From NCBI RefSeq assembly GCF_001194135.2, contig NC_069005.1, positions 1,278,224-1,342,223 of the forward strand: a DNA stretch of 64,000 nt. The letters run 5' to 3'. Below, one piece after another: positions 49,384-62,893 of this stretch. This stretch comes from Octopus bimaculoides. Lineage: Eukaryota. The notes under the pieces are model-generated. The model saw only the letters and a list, made by a program, of their open reading frames with translations, was not told where the DNA came from and did no database searches. The translations under genes were made by a program, and so were the position numbers. Position 1 is the first letter of the stretch. Every line of letters starts with the position of its first letter.

Positions 49384-49420
<37 letters not shown>

Positions 49421-49423
<3 letters not shown>

Positions 49424-49544
49424 AACCAATGATATGTTTGAAGAAAATCAAATCTTTATTATAGATCATATCTTAAATTGTTGGATTTTTTAGGTGTGAT
49501 TTTTAATAAAGATTTGACTTTCTTCAGACATATCATTGGTTGTT
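49421..49544. repeat. Inverted repeat (~41-bp arms) beside (TA)n
   Basis: AACAACCAATGATATGTTTGAAGAAAAT… is mirrored by …TTTCTTCAGACATATCATTGGTTGTT. Confidence 0.9.
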
Positions 49545-49733
49545 ATTAAATACTCTGAATTTCTTAAAATTCTGCATAAGGATTGTTGGAATCACCTGTC
49601 ATACATAAGGATTGACTTGGGATCTGGATTCTACAGACATTTACTGGAATCTACCTGTTGGAGATTTAACCTCATTCCTCTATACTGAGCGCTGGCTTGA
49701 TTGCTTACAGCATTTTTTAATCCCATTTTTTCT

Positions 49734-49769
<36 letters not shown>

Positions 49770-49959
49770 CAAAGTATGGGGGTTTAGTTCACAGGTGATC
49801 TAAACGATTAGGTACGCTAGGTAAGTGCTGTAATGGCTTACTGGGGCTCCATGGTTATAGCTGAGATGGCAGTTATGGAGCCATTGCAGATTTCTGAAGC
49901 AGCAAATATAATCATTGTTAAACAGGACAACAAACGTTAAGCCAAGACCTTTGTCACAG

Positions 49960-50522
49960 GAACAAAGGTGTGGATAATTTCGATGCCCATCTCTGTCAAG
50001 TAGTTGGTTACGAGGATGGCATTGTGGACTGATGCAGGAGCTCTGACCTTGTGCGGTAAAATCTCTTCATGAACCCCGCCCCCTTTCAAACCTCCAAAAG
50101 ACCATCTGGCCTGATGGAACCCAGTGGATGTAGATGATGGTCTTGCTGTTGAAAAAAGGGGATCACAATGAGCTTTCCTTGGCCTCTTGCGCTGGTGACA
50201 AACAGACGCTCATCTCACACAAGTTGACCCCCCATCAGCAGTCCAGAGCATTTCACAAGTTCCTGTAACAGTTTTGCCCAGTTTAACACAGAACTTTATT
50301 GCAAGTTTCCAAATTGTCTTCACATCCCGACTGTATTCTGCAAACTAGTCAGCTCTGACAAACAGTGTCCAAAGTGGTGTCTTCTTCAATATGGAATAAC
50401 AAAAGTTGGTGGCAGGTCAGCTTATTAGATTTATAGTAACAATACGCTATAGATCACTGTAATCTAGAACAGTTATAACTGCCTCTAGTAAAAAAGTTTC
50501 AAAACTTCTGGAATGACCTTGT
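49960..50522 (-). mobile_element. mariner transposon 5' part, decayed
   Basis: AIKFCVKLGKTVTGTCEML (HTH), FNSKTIIYIHWVPSGQMV and HNAILVTNYLTEMGIEII; TIR-like CAAGGTCATTCCAGAAGTTT at the end. Confidence 0.8.
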
Positions 50523-50560
50523 GTGTGTGTATGTGTGCACACATATATATATATATTTGA

Positions 50561-50597
<37 letters not shown>

Positions 50598-50738
50598 GCA
50601 TGCATACACACACCTATATATATATACACAATATATACATACATATACATGCATATATCATCATCATTTAACGTCCGCTTTCCATGCTAGCATGGCTTGG
50701 ACGATTTGACTGAGGACTGGTGAAACCGNNNNNNNNNN

Positions 50739-50770
<32 letters not shown>

Positions 50771-51099
50771 AGCCTAAATATATACACAAAATTTATAAAC
50801 ATTTATTTATAGATTTATGTAAATATATGTACATAAATATCCTCAAGATATATAAATATACACAAATGCAGATATATTTAATTATAGACATAAACATCTT
50901 TTGCGTGTGTGCACGTAACTCCATTGTGGATGTATGTTATTGTTTCATTGTTTCCGTTAATTTTGTAAAGTGTGCGTACGTTGTATATGCTGTAGTGTAT
51001 ACTATATTATACAGACCCAAACGAACTCGCATACAGGCGTATATATCTCCGTTTGTGTCCATGTTGTGTGTGTGTGTGTGTGTGTGTGTGTGAGCGCGC

Positions 51100-52100
51100 G
51101 TTGTGCGTACGAACACCTGCTTTCCTTATAAGGAATATATCAATGCTTTCTTTGTCCCGTAAACTATAGATCAGATCCGTCTATGTAGTTTTGTTGTGTG
51201 TGTGTTTCTTCTTTACTCCTCGACTCACTTCTCTCTCGTAGCAACGAAGTCGTCGTCGCGTGGAATCAGCGAAGCCCAAAGAGAACCTCCACCAATTTTG
51301 ACCAGATATAGTCCGTTGTGAATCAAAAAACATTACGCCAGAAGAAGAAAAAAAAACGAGAAAGAAAGGGAGGAATAAGAAGAAGAAAAAAAAGTTCCTT
51401 ATAGTATCACAAACTGGTGCCCTTATTTTTATCCCCTTTCGTGTGTTTATAGTCAACGACTTTTCTTCTTTTCTTCCTCCATCGTTTTTCTTCTTATTTA
51501 AAAAATCTTTTTTTTTTTGTGTCTTCGTATTCTCTCCTCTTTCTCATGTTCACTGGTGGTTATTCCACTTTCTACTTCAATTCAGTCCGTGATGAGGATG
51601 TAAAAACAAAAGCAAAACAACCAAAAAAGCGTAACGAACAAAACCGAAAAACAAAAACAAAAACACAAAAAACCCCGACAAGAACCTGTTAATGAGAACA
51701 GTCATTGGTTATTGTTCTCACGATGTCAGATGCAAATGCGATTTCCCACGAGTGTCCGTTTCACGTCCCCTCCCGCACAACTAGGTTAGTAGTGTATGAA
51801 AAAATGTAGCGGCGGCTGGAAGGCCACAAGTCTCTACTCTCTCTCAGCACACATCGTGGAAAAAATAACACCAACAACAACAACAAGGAAAAAGTAGTTA
51901 TTTGTTGTTGTGGGTTGGTGGTTGGTGTTTTATTTACCGTTTGTTTTTTTGCCTTCAGTTGTTTGGGGGTCTCTTCCGTTGGCGGTGTGAAGAAGAGGTC
52001 AACTTGGTTAAAAAGAAAAGCTTTTTACTACGGAGTGTCAACAAAACACAACACACTGTTGTAAGTGTGTTGTGTTTTGTCTTCACCAACTTCGAATCTA
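51100..52100. promoter_or_regulatory. CpG-rich promoter-like island
   Basis: Dense CG, low-complexity UTR-like tracts, and a consensus donor at 51228. Confidence 0.45.
51229..51333 (-). CDS. Possible first exon (coding MFFDSQRTISGQNWWRFSLGFADSTRRRLRCYERE|, or 5'UTR)
   Basis: Consensus donor GAA|gtgagt at 51229/51228 inside a strongly CpG-rich island. The block to its left (35-51 kb) is largely CpG-depleted, like a gene body. Confidence 0.35.
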
Positions 52101-52511
52101 CCCCTGGACTATCTAGCGATCATCAACCCTCAATACTATTAATATCGTACCGAAAATAATAATAATAATAATAATAATCTACAGCTGTCTTGTATAAAAG
52201 CTTGGAAAACTTGTTAATGACATGGAATATTTAATTAATCTGCCGTTAGCATGAATGAAAAAGACCACATGAACACCAGCCAGGTAAGCAGACTCACATC
52301 TTCTTCCTCTCTTTCTTCCTCTCTCTTTCTCTGTCGTTTCAAACTCATTTGTTTGATCACAGGAGTTCAAACGATGAGACTTGTTACTTAAACAAAATAA
52401 CTACTTCCTTTTTGTTTTTTTTTTGTTTTGTTGTTGTTTTCGTTATTTCAAAGTTGGAGCTAGCATTTATTTATCATTGTACTCTACTGAATAAATAATA
52501 CTAATAATCTT

Positions 52512-52549
<38 letters not shown>

Positions 52550-52595
52550 TATATTATATTATATTATATGTTTGTGTATGAATATATACTTGGGA

Positions 52596-52637
<42 letters not shown>

Positions 52638-52789
52638 TACACACATATAGTGTGTGTGTGCATATATACATGTATGTGTGCTTATCTATCTATCTATCTA
52701 TCGATCGATCGATATAATATTACATATAAATATATATATATGAACGATAAAGTGAACATTTCTGTCCTTATAACTGTTAGTGGATCAGG

Positions 52790-53690
52790 GTTTTAGACAA
52801 AACCACCATTCTTTGGCCAGACATTGTGGTCTCACGCTCCAGTTGCTAACTCCATCCGGACCCTATTCCTATCCACTCCATAAGATCATTACTTTATCTT
52901 CACGTCTGTCATCTGCAAGCCTCTTTTCTTCCCATTCTGCACCCCCCCCCCTGCCAGGACATATGCACGAAGGTTCTTGGTCCTCATAATGTAGTATTCA
53001 CTCTCTGAGCCTCATCACCACCCGATTACAACCTGTTCCTATGACCAGGGCCGAATACTTCATTCTATAGGTCGTCCAACTGATTCATATCTTTGATCTG
53101 TTGCACAACTGCATAGGGTTCCTCCTTCACATCTATACAATACCACTGGTCAATACTGGGTCTTTTGAAGTTTTAGCTTGATGCCTTTCCATATTCCGTA
53201 TTGAATGACTTGGCGGCAGATGTCCCTGCGCCAAGACTTGTTCTGCTTTCCTTGCTAAAGACTGCTGTTTGGTCGACAGTGGAGCCCTGGTACCCGAACT
53301 TGTCAATCTGGACAAATGTGACCCCTTGCTATCTGTTGTATGGTAAGCTGCTCTGGTTCCATGGCTTCTGATATGGTCTTGGACTTGTTGGAGTTGATCT
53401 CAAGTTGGAACTTGGTAGAGGCTCCACTAACTTTATTTACCAATCTCTGGAGCTCAGCCATTGAGCTAATGACCAGCACAATGCCATCACCGTAAAGAAT
53501 ATTATTTTTTTTGACACTGTCTGTTGAGTGATCCAACTGAGGCCATCTGCTGACCGCCACATCACCTGTTTGGAGTGGAAATTAAAGCAGATGGCTGAAG
53601 CAAAACAGTTATGTTGAACTTCTTTCTCAATGCTAAAACTAGCCCCTAAACTCACATGAGCCTTTACACACTCACTTGTTGACCAAGTTT
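52790..53690 (-). mobile_element. RTE-type LINE RT C-terminal region, decayed
   Basis: EVQHNCFASAICFN (decayed GVRQGC.LSP.LFN) and NILYGDGIVLVISSMAELQRLVNKVSGASTKFQLEINSNKSK (decayed YADD…GL.IN..KTK). Confidence 0.85.
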
Positions 53691-54879
53691 ACTGTCTCTG
53701 CAGTAAGTTGACAATATGTAAACACACACACAGACATAGACACATATATACACAGACACACGTGTGATCGACCAGACAGTGGATGTTGTTATACATCACT
53801 GGTCACAATGCACTTTGCATCATTTTAGCTTTCAAATGAGGCCCCTTCCACTGGCAAGGCAAGCAGGCCAACGGCCCCCCCCCATGCTTAGAAGGCTAAG
53901 TCCATTGCAGGGTTACCCATTTACAGATGAATAGAGCGGGGTAATGTGAAATGAAGTGTTTTACTCAAAAACACGACTCCCAGCCAGTCTGAGAATCGAA
54001 ACCACAATCTCATGATCAGGAATGCAACATGCCTAGCCACTCTGCCATGTCCCTTCATATTACACAGACACACACATAAATGAAAACAAGCTCAGAGAAT
54101 TAACTCCAAGTGGCCAGGATCATGAATATGGACAATAGAGATAAATAAAGTTATGGTAAATTCTATAAATGAGGAATTCTTAATCTAATGAAAATAAGTT
54201 ACCTTAGGCACTGGTGTGGCTGTGTGGTAAGAAGTTTGTTTCCTAACCACATGGTTCCGAGTCCAATCCCACTGTATGGCACTTTGGGCACATGTCTTCT
54301 TCTCTAGCCTTGATCTGACCAAAGCCTTGTGAATGGATTTGGTTGACAGAAACTAAAAGAAGCCTGTCGTATATATATGTGTGTGTGTGTTTGTACCTGT
54401 GTTTGTCCCTCCCCCATCAACTGTTAGACAACCAGTTTTGTTGTGCTTACCTCCCTGTGATCTAGCAGTTCAGCAAAAGAGACTGATAGAGTAAGTACCA
54501 AGTTGTTTAAAAAAAAAAATATACTGCAGTCGATTCATTTGACTGAAAATTCTTCAAGGGGGTGTCCCAGCATGGCCACAGTCTAATGACCTAGACAAGG
54601 AAAAGAAAAAGAAATACCTTTTTGCTATTGTGACCAGATCTGAATGAGAAGGGGACAAAACCTCCAGATTCAAGATTTTCTGAAATTGACCTGTCATTAG
54701 ATTAAAGTTTGATTTTTGGAGACAAGTGGACGGCTGTGGACATGTGTTCCTTCAGTTAGACTTATTGTTGCTATATTTTTGATTTCTAAAGACTTATTTT
54801 TAAGCTGCTGTAATTAAGATTGGCAGCCATCTCTTGTGATAATAAGTGTAGAATCAAGGAGTTTCAGATTATCAGCGAA

Positions 54880-55270
54880 GTTAGGGCTCTGACAGTTTTC
54901 CATTCGATACTGTGTTGTTCCCCTTCTTCAGACTTCCTCATGTTGAAATCCACTTCTAGCAGGAAGAAATAGGGGACATTACACAGCTCTGTGACAATGT
55001 TGAACCTGTTTGTGTTCCTAACTTTGGTCCATTCATAGCAACAAATCTTCTGGTAAAGTGTTTGCTTGATGTTGTTATGGTAGATGAGCTTACCACAAAA
55101 CATAAAGGTCTTAAAAAGAGATTATGCTGTCAAAGGCCTTCTTGAAGTCCATGAACTCAAGTACAAGTGGCTGGTGGAACGAGTGACTCGGATGACATTG
55201 CATAATGTGAAGATTTGTTTACTGCACAACCTTCTGCTCTTGAATCCTACTTTCTGGTTTCAGGCAAGTA
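54880..55270 (-). mobile_element. RTE-type LINE RT fragment
   Basis: QKVGFKSRRLCSKQIFTL…FMDFKKAFDSI matches the Q.GFR..RS..DQIFTL…FIDFKKAFD motifs. Confidence 0.75.
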
Positions 55271-55360
55271 AAGATGGGACTGCAGAACCCTTTACCTGGG
55301 ACAAACAGCAAAGTTATTCGATGCTAGTTGCTGCTGTTAACTAAAATTTCCTTTCTTAGG

Positions 55361-55425
55361 CAAATGCAATTATCACGCCATCAAATTCAATTATCACTCC
55401 ATCAAATGCAATTATCACTCCATCA
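55361..55425. repeat. 21-bp tandem repeat x3
   Basis: CAAATGCAATTATCAC(G/T)CCAT at 55361, 55382 and 55403. Confidence 0.95.
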
Positions 55426-56439
55426 CCTCACTGCAGGCTTCAATGACTGACCCTTTAAGTTGAACAAAAAAAAAAAAAGTTTCCCAAGTCTCTCTGCTGT
55501 GACATCTGTCCCATGCTTAAGCAGTTCTACAGTCGTCTCATCTAACCTTGCTTCCTTGCTCTTCTTCAGGTGATGAATATTTCTTCCATTGAGAGGTCTT
55601 CATCTGCCACCTGTATGTGATCCAGCAATGGCCTCTCTTGGATGAAGATGGAGAGTCCACCCATTTGGTCAATCACCCATTTGGTCATAAGCAACGTCTG
55701 ACCATCTTGATGCTTTAATTAGCTCTCATGAAACACCTTGCTTCTTCAGCTCTTTCACAATTCTCTACAGACATCAGGTGGCACTTCTCATTGCCGTTTC
55801 TTCCACCTCTTGACACCCCACCCCCTACAACTCCTTTCCATTTATCTATTGAGATGTCTATTATTCCTGTCTTGTTGTTTCCATTTGCGTACATCCTTTG
55901 CTTGACCGTTTTTTTTGCTTTTCCTTTTTATACCTGTTGATGATCAGGTACTGCAAAGCTGCACTGATCCATTAATCCTGGATATTACCTCTCCTGTATC
56001 CAAGTAACTCATTGGTGCATGCCATGATGATGAGTCCACTGTCTCTCATAATCAAATTCTTCACCATTTCAAGTTCCTGCCTGTCTTTGTGACATTTGTA
56101 TCTTCCTTAGTTTCAAGCAGATCCACCCAACTCCCAGACTGCGGTTTGTACCAACATCGGCTCCATAAGTGCAGACATCTTTCAAGGACGAACAGTATCT
56201 TGCACAAATGCTGATGCATCGATCTCATTTCTGATGGTATCTCGCAACAAACTCCTTGTAGTTTTGTGGTTATGCTTCTGAGCAAAAAACCTGTTACTGG
56301 CACTGGAACCCACAGCAGTTACCCAGTAGCAGCAGCCCTTTACTGTTGTCTATGAAGAATAATCCCTACCTGTGGTTGTCCAGTTAAGCATTGGAGTCAC
56401 CCCTCACCCATCACCCCTCACCCTTCACCCCTCACCCTC

Positions 56440-56810
56440 GAGCTGTAACTGAGGAATTTAAAGCTGGCTGCCCTTAGGAGCTCCTCTACACTGGTGACCT
56501 TATTCTTATTGCTGAAGAAAGTTCAGGTGTGGAAGCAAGGTCTGAAATCAAAGGGCTTTGGACTTAATTTAGCAATGACCAAAGTCCTAGTGAGTAGAAA
56601 AACTGACAAATCACTGACCTCTTCAGAGAGACGGCCCTGTTTGACATGCTGAAAAGATGTTGATTGAAACTCCATCAGGTTTATCCAGTGTAAGCCATGG
56701 ACGACACATAAGAGGTGCAGTGGTATGATGGGGAGGTCAACAGAGAAAGTAGTCTTTGTGACCCTTTCAAATGTCCAGTGGAAGCCTTAGAAGTGGTAAT
56801 AGTTTCCGTT
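56440..56810 (+). mobile_element. RTE (BovB-like) LINE RT fragment
   Basis: AVTEEFKAGCP*ELLYTGDLILIAE…FQVWKQGLKSKG..LNLAMTKVLVSRK…PC..C. Confidence 0.8.
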
Positions 56811-57379
56811 ACCTAGGCAACCAAGTTAGCAGTGAAGGAAAAGAAAAACGTGTAATGGTGAATAAATAAGTCCAAAATTTTTTTTCTAAATCTCCTGTTT
56901 TTGCAAAAACTATTTCCCAGTATTTTCCAACTCCTATACATACCTCACACAAATGTAACATCTACATTTAACTTTGGAGTACTGGAATATGATATTAAAC
57001 ATCTTTAAAAAATGCAGAGTAACACAGATTTGATGGAAGAAAGTTTTCATCTAAGTGCTTTTCACTGTTTTCACTTTCTCAAACATGTGTTATGAGGTAA
57101 TCTGTAAAGTAGCAATAGTTTGGAGGAGCAGCTTTTATCAATTCTGGTTTAGTTTCAGATTGAAAATATTTTATAAAATACACCTCCTTTGCCTGTCATA
57201 ACTGACTGCTTTTTTTTTTTTTAATTCTGAAAAAGAAATAAAAAAAGGAATATTTTGGATTTCTCATTTCCACAAATCTAGATGTTCACTACAAGCAACA
57301 TTCCTAACAGTTTGAGCTTTGATTTGTTGTTTTATGTATCCTGACTCGGTCATTTAATTTTGTTCCTATTTGGCTAATA

Positions 57380-57760
57380 TTGCATTGTGGAAATCTTATG
57401 CACTAAATGAGTTTTTTTCTCTGTTTTGTAATTCATTTTTTGCATTATCTTTAAATTCTTTCTCATTCTGAATATTTTGATTTCACCCTGTTTATTCAAC
57501 TCACATGTTCCACAACAAAACTCTCCACATTTCATTACCTGCATTGTTTTCTCTTCCAATATGATTTCATGTTTCTTAAGAATTTTTTTGAGATTTGGTG
57601 GTTGTCATCTATGACTATTTATTTTCTTAGATTCTATGACTGGTGTAAAGTTGGAAGGTATCGTTTAGCCAAATGTTTGATGTTGTGGTTTCTGGGATTG
57701 TGGTTGGCTACAACTAGAATATTTCTCTTTGTACCTTACCACTCTTTGTGAGAGTTTCTC
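57380..57760 (-). mobile_element. Penelope-like fragment (linker + Cys-rich region before GIY-YIG)
   Basis: VANHNPRNHNIKHL…QPPNLKKIL…KCGEFCCGTCEL resembles the PLE HNP…PxNLKxIL…KC..RC.TC region. Confidence 0.6.
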
Positions 57761-58554
57761 TAAGTCAGATATTAGGGTTTATTTTGTCATGGCTAGGACA
57801 TGATTTACTAAATTTTTCAGGTATTTTTGTCTCTGAAAGAATAATTTTAGTTCTGCCAGTTCTCTATCTTGTCTACTGAGATATTTTTTTTTAATATGGG
57901 ATGGATGGCAAGATTCTTTTGTTTGTTTGTGTCTTTGCTATAGAGATTGTTTTTTCTTTCCTTGTATCTATCATAGGTTATTCTTAGTGCCATTGCAATT
58001 TATATATCTACAATCACAATATCGACCAGACCATCAGCTGGTGTTATACACTGCTGCCCATAATATGCTTCCAGTTCTGTCTTGATTATGCCATTCTTTT
58101 CCATTTTGACCCAAATTCTTTACCAGTCTCTTGAACGCCACTTGGCAACTGCATGGGTTCACCTGTTGTCTGTGAATCTTGCAACATGTTCAGCTATTCC
58201 TTGACGTTACACCCTCACCATTCTCTCTTTTACCCTCTGGCGAACCATATGTTCTCTTCAGAAAGACACCTGCTCCTGTCCCCTCCTCTCATACTTTCAC
58301 ATTCCTGCAATACTTATACCCCCCCCCCCACTCAGTTGAGGGGGACATTAATCTTGCAAGCACTTGGTGACCTCACTGATGATGGTTCTACAAATATGCA
58401 CCCAGCACACTCTGTAAAATCGTTGGAATTAGGAAGAGCATCCAGTTTCTAAAAACCATGCCAGAGCTGACATAGGAGCTCAATGCAGCCCACTGGGTTG
58501 TTGGTGCCTGTCAAACTGTCCATCCATGCCAACATAGGAGAAAAGGATGTGAAG

Positions 58555-58588
<34 letters not shown>

Positions 58589-59949
58589 AAAATATGTGCG
58601 AAATGCATGTACATTGTTTGTGCTTATAGCAGTATGTACAATGTATTTTTCATTTATATACATTTGGTATGTCACCACTGGTGATCGGAAAGGGTTTTTA
58701 CTAACTCATACCATGAAATCTATAGATTTGGGACTATCCAAATTATTTTATAAGTCCTCGTTGTCTATTTTCCTTGCTTATAACCTTGTGTAGTGGAATA
58801 ATAATCGAAGTGGTTCATAGACCTTTTGGGGTCTATTTCTAGCAGACTGGTGTTGTAATCATCAACACCCTTATAATTTTAATATAAATTAACCATTATG
58901 GTATTTTTAGTATGCTGGCCACTGATAAATCATTAAATAGTAATTTTATCCTAATTATGTATAAAAATATATTTATATANNNNNNNNNNNNNNNNNNNNN
59001 NNNNNNNNNNNNNNNNNNNNNNNNNNNNNNNNNNNNNNNNNNNNNNNNNNNNNNNNNNNNNNNNNNNNNNNNNNNNNNNNNNNNNNNNNNNNNNNNNNNN
59101 NNNNNNNNNNNNNNNNNNNNNNNNNNNNNNNNNNNNNNNNNNNNNNNNNNNNNNNNNNNNNNNNNNNNNNNNNNNNNNNNNNNNNNNNNNNNNNNNNNNN
59201 NNNNNNNNNNNNNNNNNNNNNNNNNNNNNNNNNNNNNNNNNNNNNNNNNNNNNNNNNNNNNNNNNNNNNNNNNNNNNNNNNNNNNNNNNNNNNNNNNNNN
59301 NNNNNNNNNNNNNNNNNNNNNNNNNNNNNNNNNNNNNNNNNNNNNNNNNNNNNNNNNNNNNNNNNNNNNNNNNNNNNNNNNNNNNNNNNNNNNNNNNNNN
59401 NNNNNNNNNNNNNNNNNNNNNNNNNNNNNNNNNNNNNGGGGGGGGGGGGAAGGACTCATCTTTTCAAGTCAAAAGTTTTATGGAGTTATGTATAATCTGT
59501 GACTGTCCTCATAATTTGTCTTCTTTCTTTTACTCCTGATAGAATAAAATAGAAAAGAAAAAAGAAATTAGTAATAATAATAATAATAATAACTCGACAA
59601 AACTAATAATGCTTTAGATATGCCCCTCCTTCAACACTTCAATGTGACTCTGGGAAAAGTTTCTGTTTTGAATAATAATAATTTAATTATATAAATTTGT
59701 AGGAGTATTTTTCTGAAAATAGTATGTTTTCGTAGAAAAATAGTAAATGTAGACTTCAACTTCATTTTAGGACATATATTCTGTTAAATTTGTATATTTT
59801 TACGAAGCCCAACCCGAACCTTACTAAATGGCTTCGATGCAACAATTTCTGCGTAAATCGACGTTTTCGGAGCAAACCGAAAAATTATGAGAATTTCTTT
59901 AAAAAGCAACCTTTTTATTTTATTTAATCTAGAGTAAATTTCATCGGAT

Positions 59950-60560
59950 TATATTTCAGTATATTTCAGGTATTTTCATAAAGAAAGGCGAGACCGGATA
60001 TTGCTCACACACACGTAACTTCTTTTAATCCGCAGACGTGCCAAAGTAGCTTAAAGTCCGATAGTTTCGTACATACCATTCATAGACAAACACTCATTTT
60101 TCTCTTTATATCTAAATCTACTCCTTGCTTTTTTTTTCTCTCTCTCTTAAATTATTTCTATTTCTTCTCTTCCTGTCACCTCTCCGTAGTTTTTTTCACC
60201 GTGTAATAAATAGAAAGAAGAAGACGAAAACGAAGCAGGACATGCCAGAGCGATCTTCTCGCACTTGCTACGGTGTTATTTCCTTTAGAAAGCAAAGGCG
60301 GTGGCGAAATAAGTGAGATAGTTAGATAGGATTGTAGCTAAGAGGTCGGCGGAGAGGATGGACTTCCGCAAACTTCGCTTAGTTTTTATTTATTTTTTTA
60401 CCTATTTATTTCTAGCGTGTGAAAATTTCCCACGACTCCTCTCTCCCTCCCTCCGCGTCTCTCTTTGCCTCTCTCTCTCTCCCTTCTCCTCCTTGTCGGT
60501 CTCTGTCTTTCTTTTCTGTCTGAATGTCTGTCGTTACCCGCGCGTGGTTTCCTTTGACCT
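59950..60560. promoter_or_regulatory. CpG-rich promoter-like island
   Basis: Dense CG and CT-rich tracts; candidate exon 60190-60312. Confidence 0.4.
60190..60312 (+). CDS. Possible exon containing ATG at 60242 (MPERSSRTCYGVISFRKQRRWRN|)
   Basis: Long polypyrimidine acceptor (ttcttctcttcctgtcacctctccgtag|), donor AA|gtgaga, CpG-rich island. Confidence 0.25.
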
Positions 60561-60638
60561 ATTGTTGTTGTTGTTGTTGTGGCTTTTTAAAAATATTTTT
60601 ATTCATGTTATTGAGTGTTACGACGATGAATCGAGGAT

Positions 60639-60672
<34 letters not shown>

Positions 60673-60896
60673 GTGTGTGTGCATGTATTATCACACACAC
60701 ACACACATACACACACACATACACACACTTGCTCACATTGACATTCCGATGAAGACCAAGCAGGCCGAAACTTCGGAGTTACTATCAACATTATTCTTGT
60801 TGAATAAATAATAAATATGTACTCGAACAAATCCTTCACTTAAATGTAAAATTTTTTTTATTATAATACAACATAAAAACACACACACACACACAC

Positions 60897-60929
<33 letters not shown>

Positions 60930-61214
60930 AAAAGAAAGGTTATTATTCGAAAGCAACATTGACTGACGACGCAACTGATGGCGGGGGGAGGAGGGCGATG
61001 ACTCAAGCTGAGAGTAAATTTATCGTAAAGTTCAAGTTGACGAGACTAAGATTCGCTTGACGGCGAGGGTGTGTGTGTGTGTGTGTGTGTATTTAGATTT
61101 TTGATGTATGTGTGTGCGTGTCTCTGTCTATGTATGTATGGAGCACACGGACAGAACAAAACAGTAAGGCAGAGATGCTTAGAGTCATGTTTGGTTAATA
61201 TTTACTTTAACACC

Positions 61215-61725
61215 CAGCCACCCCACAAAAAACAAGTGTAATAGGTGTAAAAAAATGTGTATTAAACGAATATGAAAACAAAAATTTGCGCCAACGAACC
61301 GGGGGTGGGGGTGGGGAGAGGACTTTCGGAAAATTCACAAGATCCGATTTTTCCCCTCATAACTTTTGGGAAAATGGATATCTTTTCATGAAATTTTATA
61401 GAGATACCTTTCAAACGCCATAGATTACGATTATAAAGAAATTTGTGGGGGGAAATTTTTTCCGAGGGGGTGAGGAGAGGACTTTCGGAAAATTTATACG
61501 ATACGATTTTTTCCCTCATAACTTTCAGGAAAATGGATATCTTTCAATGAAATTTTATATAAATACCTTTCAAACGATATAAATTAATACAATAAGGAAA
61601 TTTGTGGGGAAAAGTTTTCCCGAGGGGGTGGAGAAAGGACTTTCGGAAAATTCACACGATCCGGTTTTTCCACTCATAACTTTTAGGAAAATGGAAATCT
61701 TTCAATGAAATTTTATATAAATCTA
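61215..61725 (+). repeat. Dispersed element with ~158-bp internal tandem units (3 copies)
   Basis: The unit marker GACTTTCGGAAAATT recurs at 61321, 61480 and 61638. The same family occurs inverted at 34150-34835. Confidence 0.9.
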
Positions 61726-62289
61726 TACATACATACATACATACATGTATATCCATGTATATTCTGTCTTCTCTCTTTCTTACTAATTCTTTAGTCATCA
61801 CTCAGTTGATGCCTCTTCATTCAAGGTTTTGCTTCTATGAGTGGAATTTCTTCTCCAAATCTACTCTAGGGTCAGCTGTAAGAACTTGGCCATCAGCACG
61901 GACAACTGGTCTGAAACTGACATAACTTGGAGGACTATAATGAACCGAAGGACTCTTACCTGTGGGCTAAATTCATCACAGACCTCACTGCTCACTTTCA
62001 CCTTGCTGTCTGTTACCACCTGTATGGCTCTTGCAAACCACTCAGTCTCCTAGTCTCCAACCAAATCTGAGAGTGCTAAACCCTATCAGAGCTTTCTCTT
62101 GATCAACAAATGTGATTAACCAAACATCTCTTCTACAAGAATCTGCTTTTCCCCCCAACCCTCTTGTCTCATATTTTGGCCCCTCACCTTCAAGCTTAAA
62201 GCCAACCCCTCCTCCCTCCATAGCCTTGTGAGTTGCATGCTGATCTCAATAGTACCGGTGGCATGTTAAAAAAGCACCGAGAGCACACT

Positions 62290-62800
62290 GGTTAGTGGCT
62301 CCTCTTGCAACTGTTTCACTTGGAAGACAGCAAAAGATGTCCTTCTCAACACAAAGCCAAACTGATTCTGTCTTCCTAATTCACTGAGCTCTGACTTTTT
62401 CTGTGACTTTCATAGCATCATCTAACAGTTTGACACCTGTAGATTGTGCATCTCTTTTACCCTTGTAGCAGTTTACAATGCTACTGCTGCTGTGCTACTC
62501 CTTGCTTATAATAGCTACCTGACTTGTTATGCTGGTGACCAGCTCATCAGAAATTTTAAAGTATCTTAGCTGTTATTCTTGATGGATCTTGGAGCCTTCC
62601 CTACCTTCACATCCTTAATCACTCTATCTACCATACTGCTGTCAAGTTAAATGACTGGTCCCTCTGTTGGGTCTGCATTGGGCTGGCCCTTTTGTTCCAG
62701 TCATTCTCTTCATTCAACAACATTTCATAGTAGCACTTCCCAATCCTTTATTTGGTCTTGTCAATGCCATGTGTCCCTTTTTATCACTTGCATGGACTAA
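62290..62800 (-). mobile_element. RTE LINE RT N-terminal fragment
   Basis: GVKLLDDAMKVTEKV…QFGFV…AVFQVKQLQE matches NYRGIKLL..MKV.ER…QFGF…AIF.VRQLQE. Confidence 0.7.
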
Positions 62801-62893
62801 ATTGGTGCTTTGGTATATAGGAAACCGTGAATAACATATTCACAGATATTGCTGAATGCAACTGAGGTACCATTAAGTGAAAATCACCATATA

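Noticed and set aside
55361-55425. Regularly spaced repeats suggestive of a CRISPR array (also the 158-bp units)
   Set aside because: Eukaryotic context, no unique spacers and no cas genes; these are simple tandem repeats.
62530-62552. Minus-strand CTGATGA followed by a GCTGG/CCAGC hairpin (hammerhead-like)
   Set aside because: GAAA is missing after the stem and the motif lies inside an RTE fragment; likely chance.
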